From Rhizophagus irregularis (taxonomy: Eukaryota), in contig NC_089433.1 in NCBI RefSeq assembly GCF_026210795.1, positions 5,642,001 to 5,706,000 on the forward strand: a stretch of DNA of 64,000 nt, in the 5' to 3' direction. The notes beneath the pieces were generated by a model that was not told the DNA's origin, made no database searches, and saw only the letters and a list, made by a program, of their open reading frames with translations. The position numbers were made by a program, and so were the translations under genes. Positions 1 to 12,519 of this stretch are shown here, one piece after another (the stretch's first letter is position 1; the number at the start of each line of letters is the position of its first letter).

Positions 1-960
1 GTAGGAATCGGCTCCAAAGTGGATGGCCAAATTCCAAGGTAAGTTTCAAAAATAATCTTCAAAACCTTTAAAAAAAAACGTTTCTAATGTTTTTTTTTAT
101 TTTTTTTTGTAGGAATCGCTCCGATGTGGATAGCCGAATTCCAAGGTAAGTTTCGAAACTAATTTTTGAAGCTTAAAGAAAAAACGGTTTTAACGTTTTT
201 TTATTATGATTTTGTAGAAATCGGCCCAATAAGGAAGGAATCCGGTGAGTTTTCGAAGTTGGACTTCGAAAACTTTTAATAAAAACGTATACTAACATTT
301 TTTATAATTGTTTTTGTCGGAAACCGGCTATAACGTAGATACCGGAAGTCTACTGAAGATAAGGAAACTGGCCCATCTTGGATACCAGAATTCCAGGTAA
401 GTTTCCGAAGTTATTTTTTCGAAAACTTTAAAAAACGTATCTTAACTTTTTTTATGACTTTTGTAGGAAATCGGCTCCTAATATACCGAATTCCGTGGTA
501 AGTTTCGAGATTTAATTCAGAAAACTTTAAACTAACGTTTCTAACGTTTTTTTTTATTTCACTTTTGTAGGAAATCGGCTCCGGCGTGGAATCCAGAATC
601 CAAAGTGAGTTTCAAAAATAATTTCGAAACTTTTTTTTTTAAAAAAAAAACGGTTTTAACGTTTCTTTCATTTCTTTTTTATAGGAAACTGCTTCGGCAT
701 GGATAATCAGCAGGTAAGTGTTAGGGGGTTTTTAAATTATTTTTAAGAAACGTTCTAACCATGATCACGTTATGTTGTAGTACAAATTAAGAAAAGTTCG
801 AGCGAACTTTTCTTAACCATGATCACGTTAAGTTTCTTTCTTTAATTTTATAGGTTTCGGCTTCTTTAGGCGTGAGTAATCAGTAGATGAATGTTTATAG
901 GGAAGTTTCGAAATTATCTATAAGAGACATTCTAACATTTCTTTCTTTAATTTTGTAGGT
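1..960 (+). repeat. Array 1 of micro-exon/intron-like tandem units (about 8 units)
   Basis: Repeated TGTAG|GAA(A)TCGGCTCC...TTCCAAG|GTAAGTTTC units with a (C/T)TAAC branch motif inside AAACGTT..AACGTTT and a poly-T tract. Exon lengths 34, 33, 27 nt etc.; no consistent frame. Confidence 0.7.
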
Positions 961-1399
961 TTCGGCTTTTATGGGTGGATATGAGGTGGATCGGTGCAAA
1001 AAAAACTGCATAGGGATTTTTGGTGGATTTTGGCAGGGTTTTTTGTAGATTTTTAATAGGTTTTTTTTGGAGGGTTTTGGATGAGTTTTTTGGTAGGTTT
1101 TTGGGTTTTGGTGGGTTTAATTTGCTAATTTGTATCATTTTTTACAAAATATGATTTTAATAAAAATATTTCAAAATATTTCAAAATCTGTAATATCAAT
1201 TTGCTAAATCGTAATGTTGATTTTGTTAAATCGGAATTAATTCAGAATGTTGATTTGTAATGATTTAGTTCCGAATTTATATTCCGATTTGCTGCCAATC
1301 GGAACTTTTTAAATTCGGAACTTTTAACCCAAAATCGACCCAAAATCGACCTAAAATCGGACATCCGATTTCCAGCCGATTGCACCATTTTGACCGGTG
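1..1399. mobile_element. Right part of a non-autonomous CACTA-like TIR element (left end outside window)
   Basis: Ends in TTTTGACCGGTG (rc CACCGGTCAAAA), resembling the terminus CACTGGTCAAAAA of the MITE at 50919-51191. Subterminal AATCGG/CCGATT repeats at 1200-1380. TSD cannot be checked. Confidence 0.5.
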
Positions 1400-2872
1400 A
1401 AAACTATTTTTTTATTTTATTTTTTATTTTATTTAATTTTTGCTATCAAAGAAATGTTTTCACAACATTCTTATTAATATGGTTTCTAAAAAAGCAAAGT
1501 TTTTGTTAACATAACGTCATGAAATGCATTTATTATCAGCTAATTAGAATCTAACTGCAAGTTATCGATGTGAATTCGAAATCACATGCTGTGCTCTCAG
1601 ATACCAGTTCCAAAACTTTCGCAAAATCTGATTCAACAAAGTGTTACGTTATAAATACATACCAGTCAGCGGAAATGTCAGGTTTTTTTGGCTGACTTGT
1701 TTTTTGCTAATTAAAACATATTATAATCAATAAATAGTTCTAATATAACATGATTTTTTTTCTAGATAATATACTATGAACCTTAATAAACTTTTATTTT
1801 TTGAACTTTTCTCTATCTATTTTAATAATTTTTTTAATAATATAATAATTGTATAAAAAATTTCCATTACGCCAACTTTTTTCATTTTTTTTAGTTTCAA
1901 CCTCCAGATGCAACTTATTAATGGAGAATAAATATTATTTTAATTGCTCGAATATATGTAAAATTTTATGGAGAATCGAATTACTTAATACGACAAAGGC
2001 GGTTTCATTAATAAAATCTGGTGTTTTTAAAATTTCAGTTTTTCAAAAAGTTAACTAATAATAACTTTGTAAAAATTACATAATAAAGTATTAATTTATG
2101 GACATAAAAAGAATCTTAGATATAAATTATATATTATAGCAAAATAATATTAATTTGTCTAAATATATATATGTATTGATATTTACAAGCTTAGCAATTT
2201 TCATATATTAAATTAATTGTAAAGAGTTGCTATTAGTAAAAGTACTTCATTAATTATTTAATTTTAATAAAGGTTGAGTAAATAATATGAAAAATGGAAA
2301 ATAGCGGTAGTTTAATTCATAAATTCATCGATTATCCGTTAAACGCGAAAAACAATAGTACTGTACAGTACATAGCGCAATTAGCGCATGCACTGCGCAT
2401 GCCATGTGACACTACCGAATAATCAAAAATGATACATTTTTTTCAATAATCAAAAACGATACATTTTTTTTTCAACAATAGTTTGTACAACCCACTTCTT
2501 TAATCACCTCCTTAATAAAAAACGATATATTTGCGAAATTAACAGCCATCGGAAATGTCGCATCACTTGTCGATCATTAATTAAAATAATTTTCACCCCT
2601 TAGCTAAAAAGAGAAATTTCTAATACATTGCTTATACAAATTAAGGGAACTAATATAGTGTATTTTAAATTTTCTATGGGGTGCCGTAGGCATAATCAAG
2701 TGCATGATAATTTTGCATCCAGATTAGATAAAACCTTCCGAATTTTATAATTCGTAAATCTCGAAAGACAAAAATACCTTACTAAATTGGGCCTATAATG
2801 TTTCATGTAACAAGTAATTATATAAATATACTGTCTGTACAGTACCTACAGCATGTACTTTTAAACAAAAAA

Positions 2873-5119
2873 ATGTTTATATCAATATTTTTCGTTATTA
2901 TCTTGATTGTTGTTATTAATTTCATTCGTAAAATTAATAAAAAACCTGAAGGACTTGAGAGTATTCCAAATGTTTCTACATTAGAAATATTGTGGGCCAA
3001 TTTACAACAAAAGAACTATGATGAAATTGAGGATTTAATTCAAAGACGTTCAGGAGACCATGGAATTTATTTTGTAAATATCAATGTCACCCATTTTTAT
3101 CTTAATTTCTCTTATTTATTAAAAAATATATATTTATTTACTTTTATAGAGTTACTTCGGCTCAGTAAGTATCGCAAGCCCTGAATATGCTAAAATTTTA
3201 TTGACTGAATCAGGTAATTTGTTTTTTTAATGTGCGGTACAGTTAAAACATAACAAAACGTTCCCTTAAATAATTAAAATTATTTATTAGAGGATGATGC
3301 TACCAAATTCGAACCAGATCCTGGTAGTTTTTTAGATAAATTTTTCGGGTCTGGATTACCATTTGCTAATGGAGATGTATGTAATCTCGACTTCGATTTT
3401 TATAAGCATTATTCGCGTTAATGCCGTTATTCCCTAAGTAGAATCGTTAATACTTAAAGTAATATTGACTATTTTATAGAAATGGAGAACTCATAGGAAT
3501 TTAGCGAATTCTGCATTCAATATTGCCTTATCTCCAGAAATTGTTGGTGAAACTACGATGGACCTTTTTGCTTTCATGAAACCAAAATTAAATCGACCAA
3601 TTGATGTATACGAAACTATGCAACGTGTTACAATTGAAGCATTGGGAAAATTGGGCTTTGGACATAAGTTTGGAGTAAGAGTTGGAAGATATATATATTT
3701 CTTTAGTACTAATTATTACAATCTAAAAAAGATTATATTTTAGTGTTTAGAATCCGAAGGAGTTTCTCATCTTATAAGTTCTTATAAATATGTTGTTTCA
3801 ATTGTTGGATCTCCTCTCTATCGTATGGTTCCATGGGTAGATAAATTGCCTTTAAAATCTAACAAAAAATACTTGGATGCACTCAAAGAATTTGATGGAT
3901 TCATTTATGATGTTATAGAAGCAAGGAGAAATGAGATTAAGAAAAATTCTTATAATGGTCGTGATTTATTAACGAGCATGTTAAAACTTACTGAACAAGA
4001 AGAAATTAATACCGATATAAAACAATTAAGGGATGAGTTGGCGAGCATTTTTGCTGCAGGACATGATAGTAAGTTTAAAATTGTGCGTTGTAGTACGTAC
4101 ATATTAGATTAAATTAGGACATAAATTTCTGGGGACAGAAAATTTATTTATGAATTACAAAGATCTTTATTTAAAATTTCAAAAAAATTTTTTTTTAGGC
4201 ACTTCAATAGCATTGAGTGTTTCGCTTTATTTTCTTGCAAAATATCCAGTAAGTGGTAAATTTTTGTGGTTGATTTTTCAAAATTTACATCTTTTCATTA
4301 ATTTGTTTGTAATTCAAAATAAATAGGAAATGCAAGAAAAAGCACGAGCAGAAGTAATTAATATTCTTGGTAACGAACCAATTATACCAAATTCAGATCA
4401 ATTAAAGGTACTATTAAGCCATTACTATAATTTATTAATTTTCACATTTTACAATTTTACTGTATTTTACTCATATATATTATGTGTACTGTATATAACT
4501 ATATATATTAGGAATTGAAATATGTCAATGCAATTATTAAAGAATCTTTACGAGCTTATCCACCGGCACCAATAATAACTGCTAGAAGATTAAATAAGCC
4601 AGTTAAGCTTGGCCCCTATACTCTACCAACAAATACTATATGTATGGTAAATGCTTGGCAAATTCATCATAATCCAAAATATTGGAAAAATCCTAATCAA
4701 TACGACCCTGAAAGATTTTTAAGTAGCGAGAAAAGACACGCATATTCTTGGGTTACTTTTTCTTCTGGTCCAAGAAATTGGTATATACAGCATGTACTTC
4801 TTTTTACAAATATAAAATAATTTTACCACATTTTAAAATTAAATTTTTTCTTAAAAACATATAGTGTCGGACAAAATTTATCTTTAATGGAACAAAGAAT
4901 TATTCTTTCAATGATCCGTGAGTAAAATATATTTAAATTGCTTAATTTATTTATAGTTGAACCAAATAAGTAATTTATATCATTCCTTTTAAAGTGCTCA
5001 AATATAAATGGACTCTCCCTGAAAATAGCATTAATAAGGACAAATTATTATTAAACGCTCAGTTCTTACTAACCCCCCGCGATCTAAAACTTGTATTTAC
5101 CGAAAGAATTAACAAATAA
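2873..5119 (+). CDS. Cytochrome P450, multi-exon (about 10 exons), apparently intact
   Basis: N-terminal TM anchor MFISIFFVIILIVV; I-helix AAGHD-S/T; K-helix ESLR; PERF motif; heme motif FSSGPRN|CVG rebuilt across a GT-AG intron; stop TAA 5117-5119. Confidence 0.93.
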
Positions 5120-5787
5120 GATATTGGAATTATTTTGAAAATTAAAAATATTAGGAATGATTTATAAATACATTATACAGTATATATGATGATAATTAAT
5201 GCCCTATGAAAAAATTCTGTGTGATTTCTGTTGAAAAATCATCCAATTAAATTTACTACGATTTTAATACGATTTTCACTATAATTTCACTATGATCTCT
5301 GCACATTTGATCATAAAATAAAATGTGCTAAAAATTGCAATAAAATCACATCATTGTATGGTAATTCATAAATTTTTAAAGTGAAATTATAAAATTTTTA
5401 TTAGTTTAAAATATAAAAATATACAAAATACTTCATAAGTTACATTTATTAGTAATGAAAGAAAGTAAATTAGTAATGATACCCAGTAAAAATGTATTTG
5501 CATAAATTTGTACCAAATTTGTGCATCATATAAAGGATGAGCCCGTTTGGAACAAAATTTGATTGGATTGCTTAATAATTTTTTGAGATCGATTTTTCTT
5601 AAATATGAAAATTTCCCCTTTTAATCAAAATATATTCATTTCTAGGTGTAATTTAGCAAAATAATCAACTTTATTAGGTTATGAAGATATATAAAGCTCA
5701 TGTTAGACCATATAATATGAAAATTTTCGATTTTAACTAAATTTGGCCAACATTATAAATTCGGCCAGAATCAAGATAATTTTGGCC

Positions 5788-6228
5788 CACCCATTCAAAA
5801 TCCCATATCCGATCCCATCCCATCCCATTCCAAATCCCAAATCCCATACCCATTCCAATCCCAAACCAGTCCCAATCCCATCCCATCCCAAATCCCAAAT
5901 CCCATTCCAAATCTCATTTAAAATATTTATAGATTGTGTAATTTTTTTAATATAAAACTTTATTTAAATAATGTAATTCTAATGTTTTAGCTATTTTCTT
6001 TTGAATTGTTAAAAAATTTTTGCTTTTTTATTACTTTATTTAAAATTAAATAATGGTTTAATTTTCTCCTACCGGCCAAAATTAAATAATTGGCATGGGA
6101 ATTTCCTTTTTGGAATCATGTGTAATAAAAAAATAAATTTTCCTTTTTGGAAATTTGTGTAACATCACATTAGTGTTACAATCCGGATGAATCCTACTTG
6201 CCACCTATATTAATATGGGATATGGATG
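5788..6228. mobile_element. Relic pieces of the ATCCC-repeat TIR family seen intact at 40765-42944
   Basis: CCCATTCAAAATCCC...(ATCCC)n at 5790-5910 and TACTTGCCACCTATATTAA at about 6196 match the two ends of the 40765-42944 element. Confidence 0.5.
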
Positions 6229-7079
6229 TTGAAAAAAACTCTCTCCCCTTTCTGTTTTTTTTACTATAAATCTGCAGTAGACACTTATTTTCACACACTG
6301 TTTTAAAGAGGAACTAGGACCACGGGGTGGCCTTAACGGAAAGTCCTCCTCTTATAACCCTCAGTTATTTAGTCCTTGAGAGAGATGCAGGTCGAAATAC
6401 AACCTGCTTTCCTTAAGGCTGAACCACGCAGTTCAGCTAACGTTTTTTCTCTTTCGACACCTCAAAAAAAATTAAAAAATTCTTTTCTCATTTCTTTCAA
6501 AAAATTTCACGTGACCTGTCCTAATCGAGCAGGCAGTAACAAGATTTATGAGATCAACCGATTAAAAAGTTTCTTTTTTGAGTTTGCAGATCAACCGCAA
6601 AGCACCAATGATATTCACCTCAAGATTTACACAAATGATTACCACATAAAATCAACCCCGATTAGCTATAACTCCATGAGCCTTTTACCTAACATCAAAC
6701 TCCAAGTGAGCACAATGCTGACTCATTTTTTTTCTCATCAATATGTTATTTTCTGACGCATAAACAAAATATTTTCAACTTATCCGGTCAAAATTACTGG
6801 ATAGAATTGATATGATAAAATCTCGTGGTAACAATACACAACGCTGAAATACCTCTACAAAAACTAGTGTTCCGAACGGATCGAATCAGATCGGATTTGA
6901 GATGAATCCAATCTGATCCAAATTCGGATCAAAAAAAGTTGGATTTGATCCGATCCGAATTCAGATCAAAAATAATTGGATCCGATCCAATCTGAATCCG
7001 AAATGAGCTTGATTCGATTCGGTCTAAATCCAATTCAGATAAAACCGATCCAGTCCGAATCCAATCTGAATCAGAAGTT

Positions 7080-10000
7080 AAAAAACATTTTGCAACATTT
7101 TTTTAAAGATTTATTTAATAAAAAACGTTGCGAAACATTTTTTATTTCAATTTAAACGAAAAAAAACTGGTGTGAAATGGTTTTTTAACGAATTTAATAA
7201 AAACTGTTGCAAAACGGTTTTTTAACGAATTTAATAAAAACTGTTGCGAAATGGTTTATTTAACTAAAAAAACCGTTTCGCAACAGTTTTTTTAACGATT
7301 TTAATATAAACTGTTGCGAAATGGTTTATTTAATTAAAAAGAACCATTTTGCAACAGTTTTTTTAATTGTTTTAATATAAACTGTTGCAAAACGGTTTAT
7401 TTAACTAAAAAAACCGTTTTGCAATGGTTTTTTTAACGATTTTAATATAAACCGTTGTGAAACGGTTTATTTAACTAAAAAGAACTGTTTCGCAACGGTT
7501 CTTTTAATTGTTTTAATATAAACCATATGTGCCAATTTTTGGAATTAGTCTAAATTAAGATTTTTATAAAAATTTAATATTTTAGTAAGATTAACATTAC
7601 ACAAATCTAAATTAAATATGTGTTACATATTTACGTAACTCATATTTAATAAAAAATAAAAAAATTTTTTTAATCAATATTCAAAAATAACGGTAATAAC
7701 CACTTCTTTTTTCCCATCACTGCCCATCACTTTTCCATCATTTTTCTATTCACTTTTATTAAATATGACAAAAAAGTTTATAAGCAAATATAGCAGTTAT
7801 TTTTAAGTGGTAAGTAAAAGAAAAAACTTAATATTTTATATACATAGATAAGACATATTTTTTCATAATTTTTAGCTTTAATTTATTGTTTTTTCTTTGT
7901 AAAAAATACATGCAAATAAAAAATAATTATGATGTAAAATAGTTGTAAAATGAATAATAAGATATTCTTTTTTTTCAAAATAACTAATTATATATTTGTT
8001 TTTTATCTTTTAAAATTATTTTATTAGATTTATTCTACTAAAATCCTTAAATGGCAAATAAAATCTTTTAAATAAAGTAAAAGAATTTGGGATTCTCTTA
8101 TGAAAGCATTTTTTGGTAAGAAATAAAATTTTCAGATCGGACTTTATGCAGGTGACAAAATCGTGCATTATTATTCCTGGAGATATGCTAACGTCATCAT
8201 TTTACATTCATTTGAAAGCTGAGAATTTGCTCTATCGTAAGAATCAAAGATCAGGAAAATTGGATCACTGGATGAGGCGTAATTAACGATCAAAGTCAAA
8301 TCAAATTTAAAAATTAAAAATAAATATATTAGACGTAATTATTCACAATCCAGTGATTCAATTCATTCGATTTTAGGCTTATTAGATAGACCTCAATTTT
8401 CTCTTTCAAATGAATATAATTTCATTCGTGTAGCTTGCATCTACAGGTATTTAATAAATTTTTTTATATCAGATTTTATCAAACTTATAAAATTTTATAT
8501 TAATAATATAATTGATGATTCCTAAACATCTACATATATTAAACGAATTATTTTAAATTTATTTTAAAGATAAAAGTTGGCATCACCTTAGGGAGCAAAG
8601 TTCATTCAAATTGAATCACTACATGTGAAGTAATTAATGATCAAATTTAGATAAAATTCAATAAATATACTGAACGTGATTACTGAACAACTAGTGATTC
8701 AATTCACTTGATTTTAGATTCATTAGATAGATCTCGATTTTCTCTTTCAAATGAATGTAAATTTATTTGTATAGCTTATTTCTACGAAGAATTATCAATG
8801 ATTTTGTCATGAGAGTTATATTTGATCTTTTAAATTTTAATGATATCTTATATTAAAAAAAAATTAAAAATTATATAATTAATTAGTTTTTTTTGCATTA
8901 CCTAGTATAAATTTATTATTCTTATATAAATGATAATTTATATTTGCTTTAATAAAATTATTTTTGTGTAAAAAATTAGATTCCAAGGATCGGCCCATAT
9001 GCTGTTGCGAAACGGTTTATTTAATTAAAAAAAACCGTTTTGCAACGGTTTTTTAAAATATTTTAATGTAAACCGTTGCGAAACAGTTTATTTAACTAAA
9101 AAAAACGTTTCGCAACAGTTCTTTTAATTGTTTCAATATAAACCGTTGCGAAATGGTTTATTTAATTAAAAAGAACCATTTTACAACGGTTTATTTAATT
9201 AAAAAGAACCATTTCGCAATTGTTTATTTAATTAAAAAGAACCATTTCGCAACGGTTTATTTAATTAAAAGAACCGTTTCGCAATGGTTTATTTAATTAA
9301 AAAGAACCGTTTCGCAATGGTTTATTTAATTAAAAAGAACCACTTCGCAACGGTTTATTTAATTAAAAAGAACCATTTCGCAACGGTTTATTTAATTAAA
9401 AAGAACCATTTCGCAACAGTTTATTTAATTAAAAAGAACCATTTCGCAACAGTTTATTTAATTAAAAAGAACCATTTCGCAACAGTTTATTTAATTAAAA
9501 AGAACCGTTTCGCAACATTTTATTTAATTAAAAAGAACCATTTCGCAACGGTTTTTTAAAATATTTTAATGTAAACCATTGCGAAACGGTTTATTTAATT
9601 AAAAAGAACTGTTTCGCAATGTTTTTTTAATGATTTTAATGTAAACTGTTGCGAAATGGTTTATTTAACTAAAAAAACCATTTCGCAATGGTTTTTTTAA
9701 TGATTTTAATATAAACCGTTGCGAAATGGTTTATTTAACTAAAAAGAACTGTTTCGCAACGGTTTTTTAAATTGTTTTAGTATAAACCGTTGCGAAATGG
9801 TTTATTTAACTAAAAAGAACCGTTGCGCAACGGTTTTTAAATTGTTTTAATATAAACCGTTGCGAAACGGTTTATTTAATTAAAAAGAACCGTTTCGCAA
9901 CAGTTTATTTAATTAAAAAGAACCATTTCGCAACAGTTTATTTAATTAAAAAGAACCGTTTCACAACGGTTTTTTAAAATATTTTAATATAAACTGTTGC

Positions 10001-10155
10001 GAAACAGTTTATTTAACTAAAAAAACCCGTTGCGCAACAGTTTTTTAAATTATTTTAATATAAACTGTTGCGAAATGGTTTATTTAACTAAAAATAACCA
10101 TTTCACAACGGTTTTTTATTGTCTTAATAAAAAATGTTGCGCAAAACATTTTTTA
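7080..10155. repeat. Palindromic minisatellite AACCGTT(GCGA/TCGC)AACGGTT with about 30/60-bp periodicity, interrupted by 7524-9001
   Basis: Dozens of units; a homogeneous 30-bp run at about 9160-9560 gives the spurious TVYLIKKNHFA ORF. Confidence 0.9.
7524..9001. mobile_element. 1.48-kb non-autonomous TIR element with CATATG ends, copy 1
   Basis: Imperfect TIR CATATGTGCCAATTTTTTGGAAT / ATTCCAAGGATCGGCCCATATG; near-identical copy at 31799-33278; no ORF. Confidence 0.92.
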
Positions 10156-11227
10156 TTTTCTAAGATTTGGATCTGATTTAGATCTGATCTGAATCCGTTC
10201 GAATCTGATTCGATCCGATCCGATTTGAATGAATAACTGATCTGATCCGATTCGATCTGAAACAGATCAAATTTTTTTGATTCAGATCGGATCACAGATC
10301 ATAAAAAGCTAATCCGATCCAATCCGTTTCAGATCAGATCCACGGATACGAATCAGATCAGATTTTTTTTGGAACACTAACAAAAACATTTTTTAATTTT
10401 TCATACAAACGTTATCATTTTTACTTTGGGATTTATGTCTCGTGTAATCATATCACCTGACAAAATCTTTCTAATCAAATTCATTCTACGTGCGCCGTTC
10501 CTACACCATTTATCATGTTCAATTTAAGACGTGCTTGTATTAATCATCAGATACACTTGGAACGATACAGCTTTACTAAAATACTTAAACCTTCATTAAC
10601 CATTCGGTCTTCAGAATTAGATACTCCAACCACTGACAACTTACAATCTTGGAATAATCACAAGATTAAGAAACCTCATAAATTACATCACGCGGCATTT
10701 CTCTTCAAATGATGGAATGATAAAACAATTAAAGAAATTCGTTCCAACAGACAAGGTACCTCATACTGTATACGTTATATGGCATATAATGCTAGACATC
10801 CAAACCGTCTCAAGAGTACTTCCATGTATCGTAAAGAACTCTTTAACTTCAACACAAACTTCAGTCACCACGCTTCAGTCAGACGTCAACAAAATGAAAG
10901 ACTTCAACGACATCAACGTTGAGTCGCAAAGTTGTTCAAAAACTCACTTGCGATTATAATAGAATCACAACTCAAACAAGACAATCGCTACAGTTTGCTG
11001 TATCACAGAAATCAAATTACCAGGAAAAGGATTCAATATCTATTTAATATAAATCACGATGAGTTTCAATTTTGGGATGATTATTTTTTTCCCATCTCAT
11101 TACCACCATCTTACACCCATACGATGTGCAACGATCTGTTTAATGACACTTTATTTACAGCCTGGTTATCTACCTTTTAAACAATGACTCACTCACAGCT
11201 TCAACCTCTGTCATCGGGCTGGATGTG

Positions 11228-11780
11228 GGAGGTGCAAACACCACCCACCTCCGGGTCTACGACCCGTCACAGTACCTATATGGCCCCTACGGGGCTCAGG
11301 CATCCCCATATATACTACCACCATGGCCACAGTGGTCATGGCTGGTCACACTACTTTCCAACTCCTTTTTTTTTCTCCATTTTTTCTTATATATAAAACT
11401 ACTATGACCACTATGACCACTATGACCAGACTACTAAAAAGTGGATAAAAACACGAATAAAGCCAAAATCAGACAGAATATCTGGTTATAGTACTAACCA
11501 CAGTTCGAAAACTTATGATAATACTATGGCTACCTTAGTTAGCTTCTTAGGCTCCAAAACCCGATTTAAGCTATGACCACCTTTTATCTACTTACCTGGA
11601 ACACTGAACTATGCTACCGAACTATGACCACCGAACTATGACCGCCGAACTATGACCACCCTTTATCTACTTACCTGGAACACCGAACTACTGACCGCCG
11701 AACTATGACCACCCTTTATCTACTTACCTGGAACACCGAACTATGACCGCCAAACTATGACCACCGAACTATGGCCACTT
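11228..11780. repeat. Hairpin and iteron-like cluster (possible origin or terminus of the helicase element)
   Basis: Hairpins CGGGTC-TAC-GACCCG (11252-11266), GCCCC-TAC-GGGGC (11283-11295), CCATGGCCAC-A-GTGGTCATGG (11321-11341); (ACTATGACC)x3 at 11401-11427; 14-bp CCGAACTATGACC(A/G) units; three copies of C(C/T)TTTATCTACTTACCTGGAACAC. Confidence 0.75.
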
Positions 11781-11847
11781 GTCCCGTCAGAAAAAATAAG
11801 TAATTGAACAATGGGTATACCATAAGTAATATATAAGGACAAACAAT

Positions 11848-12308
11848 ATGTATACTGCAGAAAAGTTAGCAATAATCTTCGGCTGCACAGTCCCTGATCT
11901 TATGGATATCAATAGGGAAATCCTAAAAAGCTGTCAAATCCCGCATGCAGTATCAGCAATTCCTGAACTTGTAGGCCATATCCTGGAACGCATTCCAAGT
12001 AGCAATTTCAGGCCACATCTTTTAGAAGTCAGCCCAATCTGGAGAGCCGAAGCTGAACAAGTACTCTGGAAGCGGCATAAAAAAGCCGAGGAGGTATACG
12101 ACAGGGCGATGAAAAAAAGGAAAAAAGAAAAAGCGGGGATGCTCTTGGTCAATTATATGAGGGGAGGGTATTAGAAATTGTGAACCTAGAGAAGCTTAAA
12201 TGGAAGGCATATCGAAAGGCTTGTAAAGAGTTATCGGAAGCTAGAAAAGAGCATGGTATGGTAAGGTGGGCTCTTGAGCGGTGTGGATTTCAGATATATG
12301 TGGATTGA
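11848..12308 (+). pseudogene. Intronless F-box-like / coiled-coil ORF, one probable frameshift near 12120-12137
   Basis: IPELVGHILERIPSSNFRPHLLEVSPIWRAEAEQVLWK fits the F-box pattern LPxEhhxxIh...VxxxWxxxAxxxLW. Another frame continues open to TGA at 12306-12308. Confidence 0.5.
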
Positions 12309-12519
12309 AAAGGGGAAAAGGAAGATTTAGAGCAGTCGTAAAGGTTTGTGGTTTATAGTTTTTTTTTACCCCTAGAAGATAACCGGGTATGACCGGAGGA
12401 CCGCAGGACTACAGGACTACAGGAGGGTAACCAGGTAGGAGTGCAGATCTTTGGAAAAAATATTCGGCAATTGAAGATTAGGTAACTATAAATTAGTACT
12501 CGATTTGATAGAACAAAAA

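Larger units (their letters stand above)
6865..10379. mobile_element. Non-autonomous hAT-like element (GATC-rich subterminal family)
   Basis: TIR TAGTGTTCC...GGAACACTA; exact 8-bp TSD ACAAAAAC (6857-6864, 10380-10387). Removing it restores the host peptide TSTKTFFNFSY. Confidence 0.92.
6231..11190 (+). pseudogene. RT-less ORF-bearing retroposon, copy 1 (decayed, interrupted by 6865-10379, 3' end lost)
   Basis: 5' end GAAAAAAACTCTCTCCCCTTT matches copy 2. Peptides KFHVT..RAG.NKIY...KSFFFEF.DQ...LKIYTNDYH and TKTFFNFSYKRYHFYFGIY are homologous to ORF 53563-54870. Contains stops and frameshifts; right boundary approximate. Confidence 0.7.

Noticed and set aside
6310..6450. Possible HDV-like ribozyme at the retroposon 5' end (GCTGAAC...GTTCAGCTAA hairpin)
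   Set aside because: Could not build P1/P3/L3 convincingly, and copy 2 does not share the motif; a covariance-model search would be needed.
9284..9559. ORF with a TVYLIKKNHFA repeat
   Set aside because: By-product of a 30-bp minisatellite.
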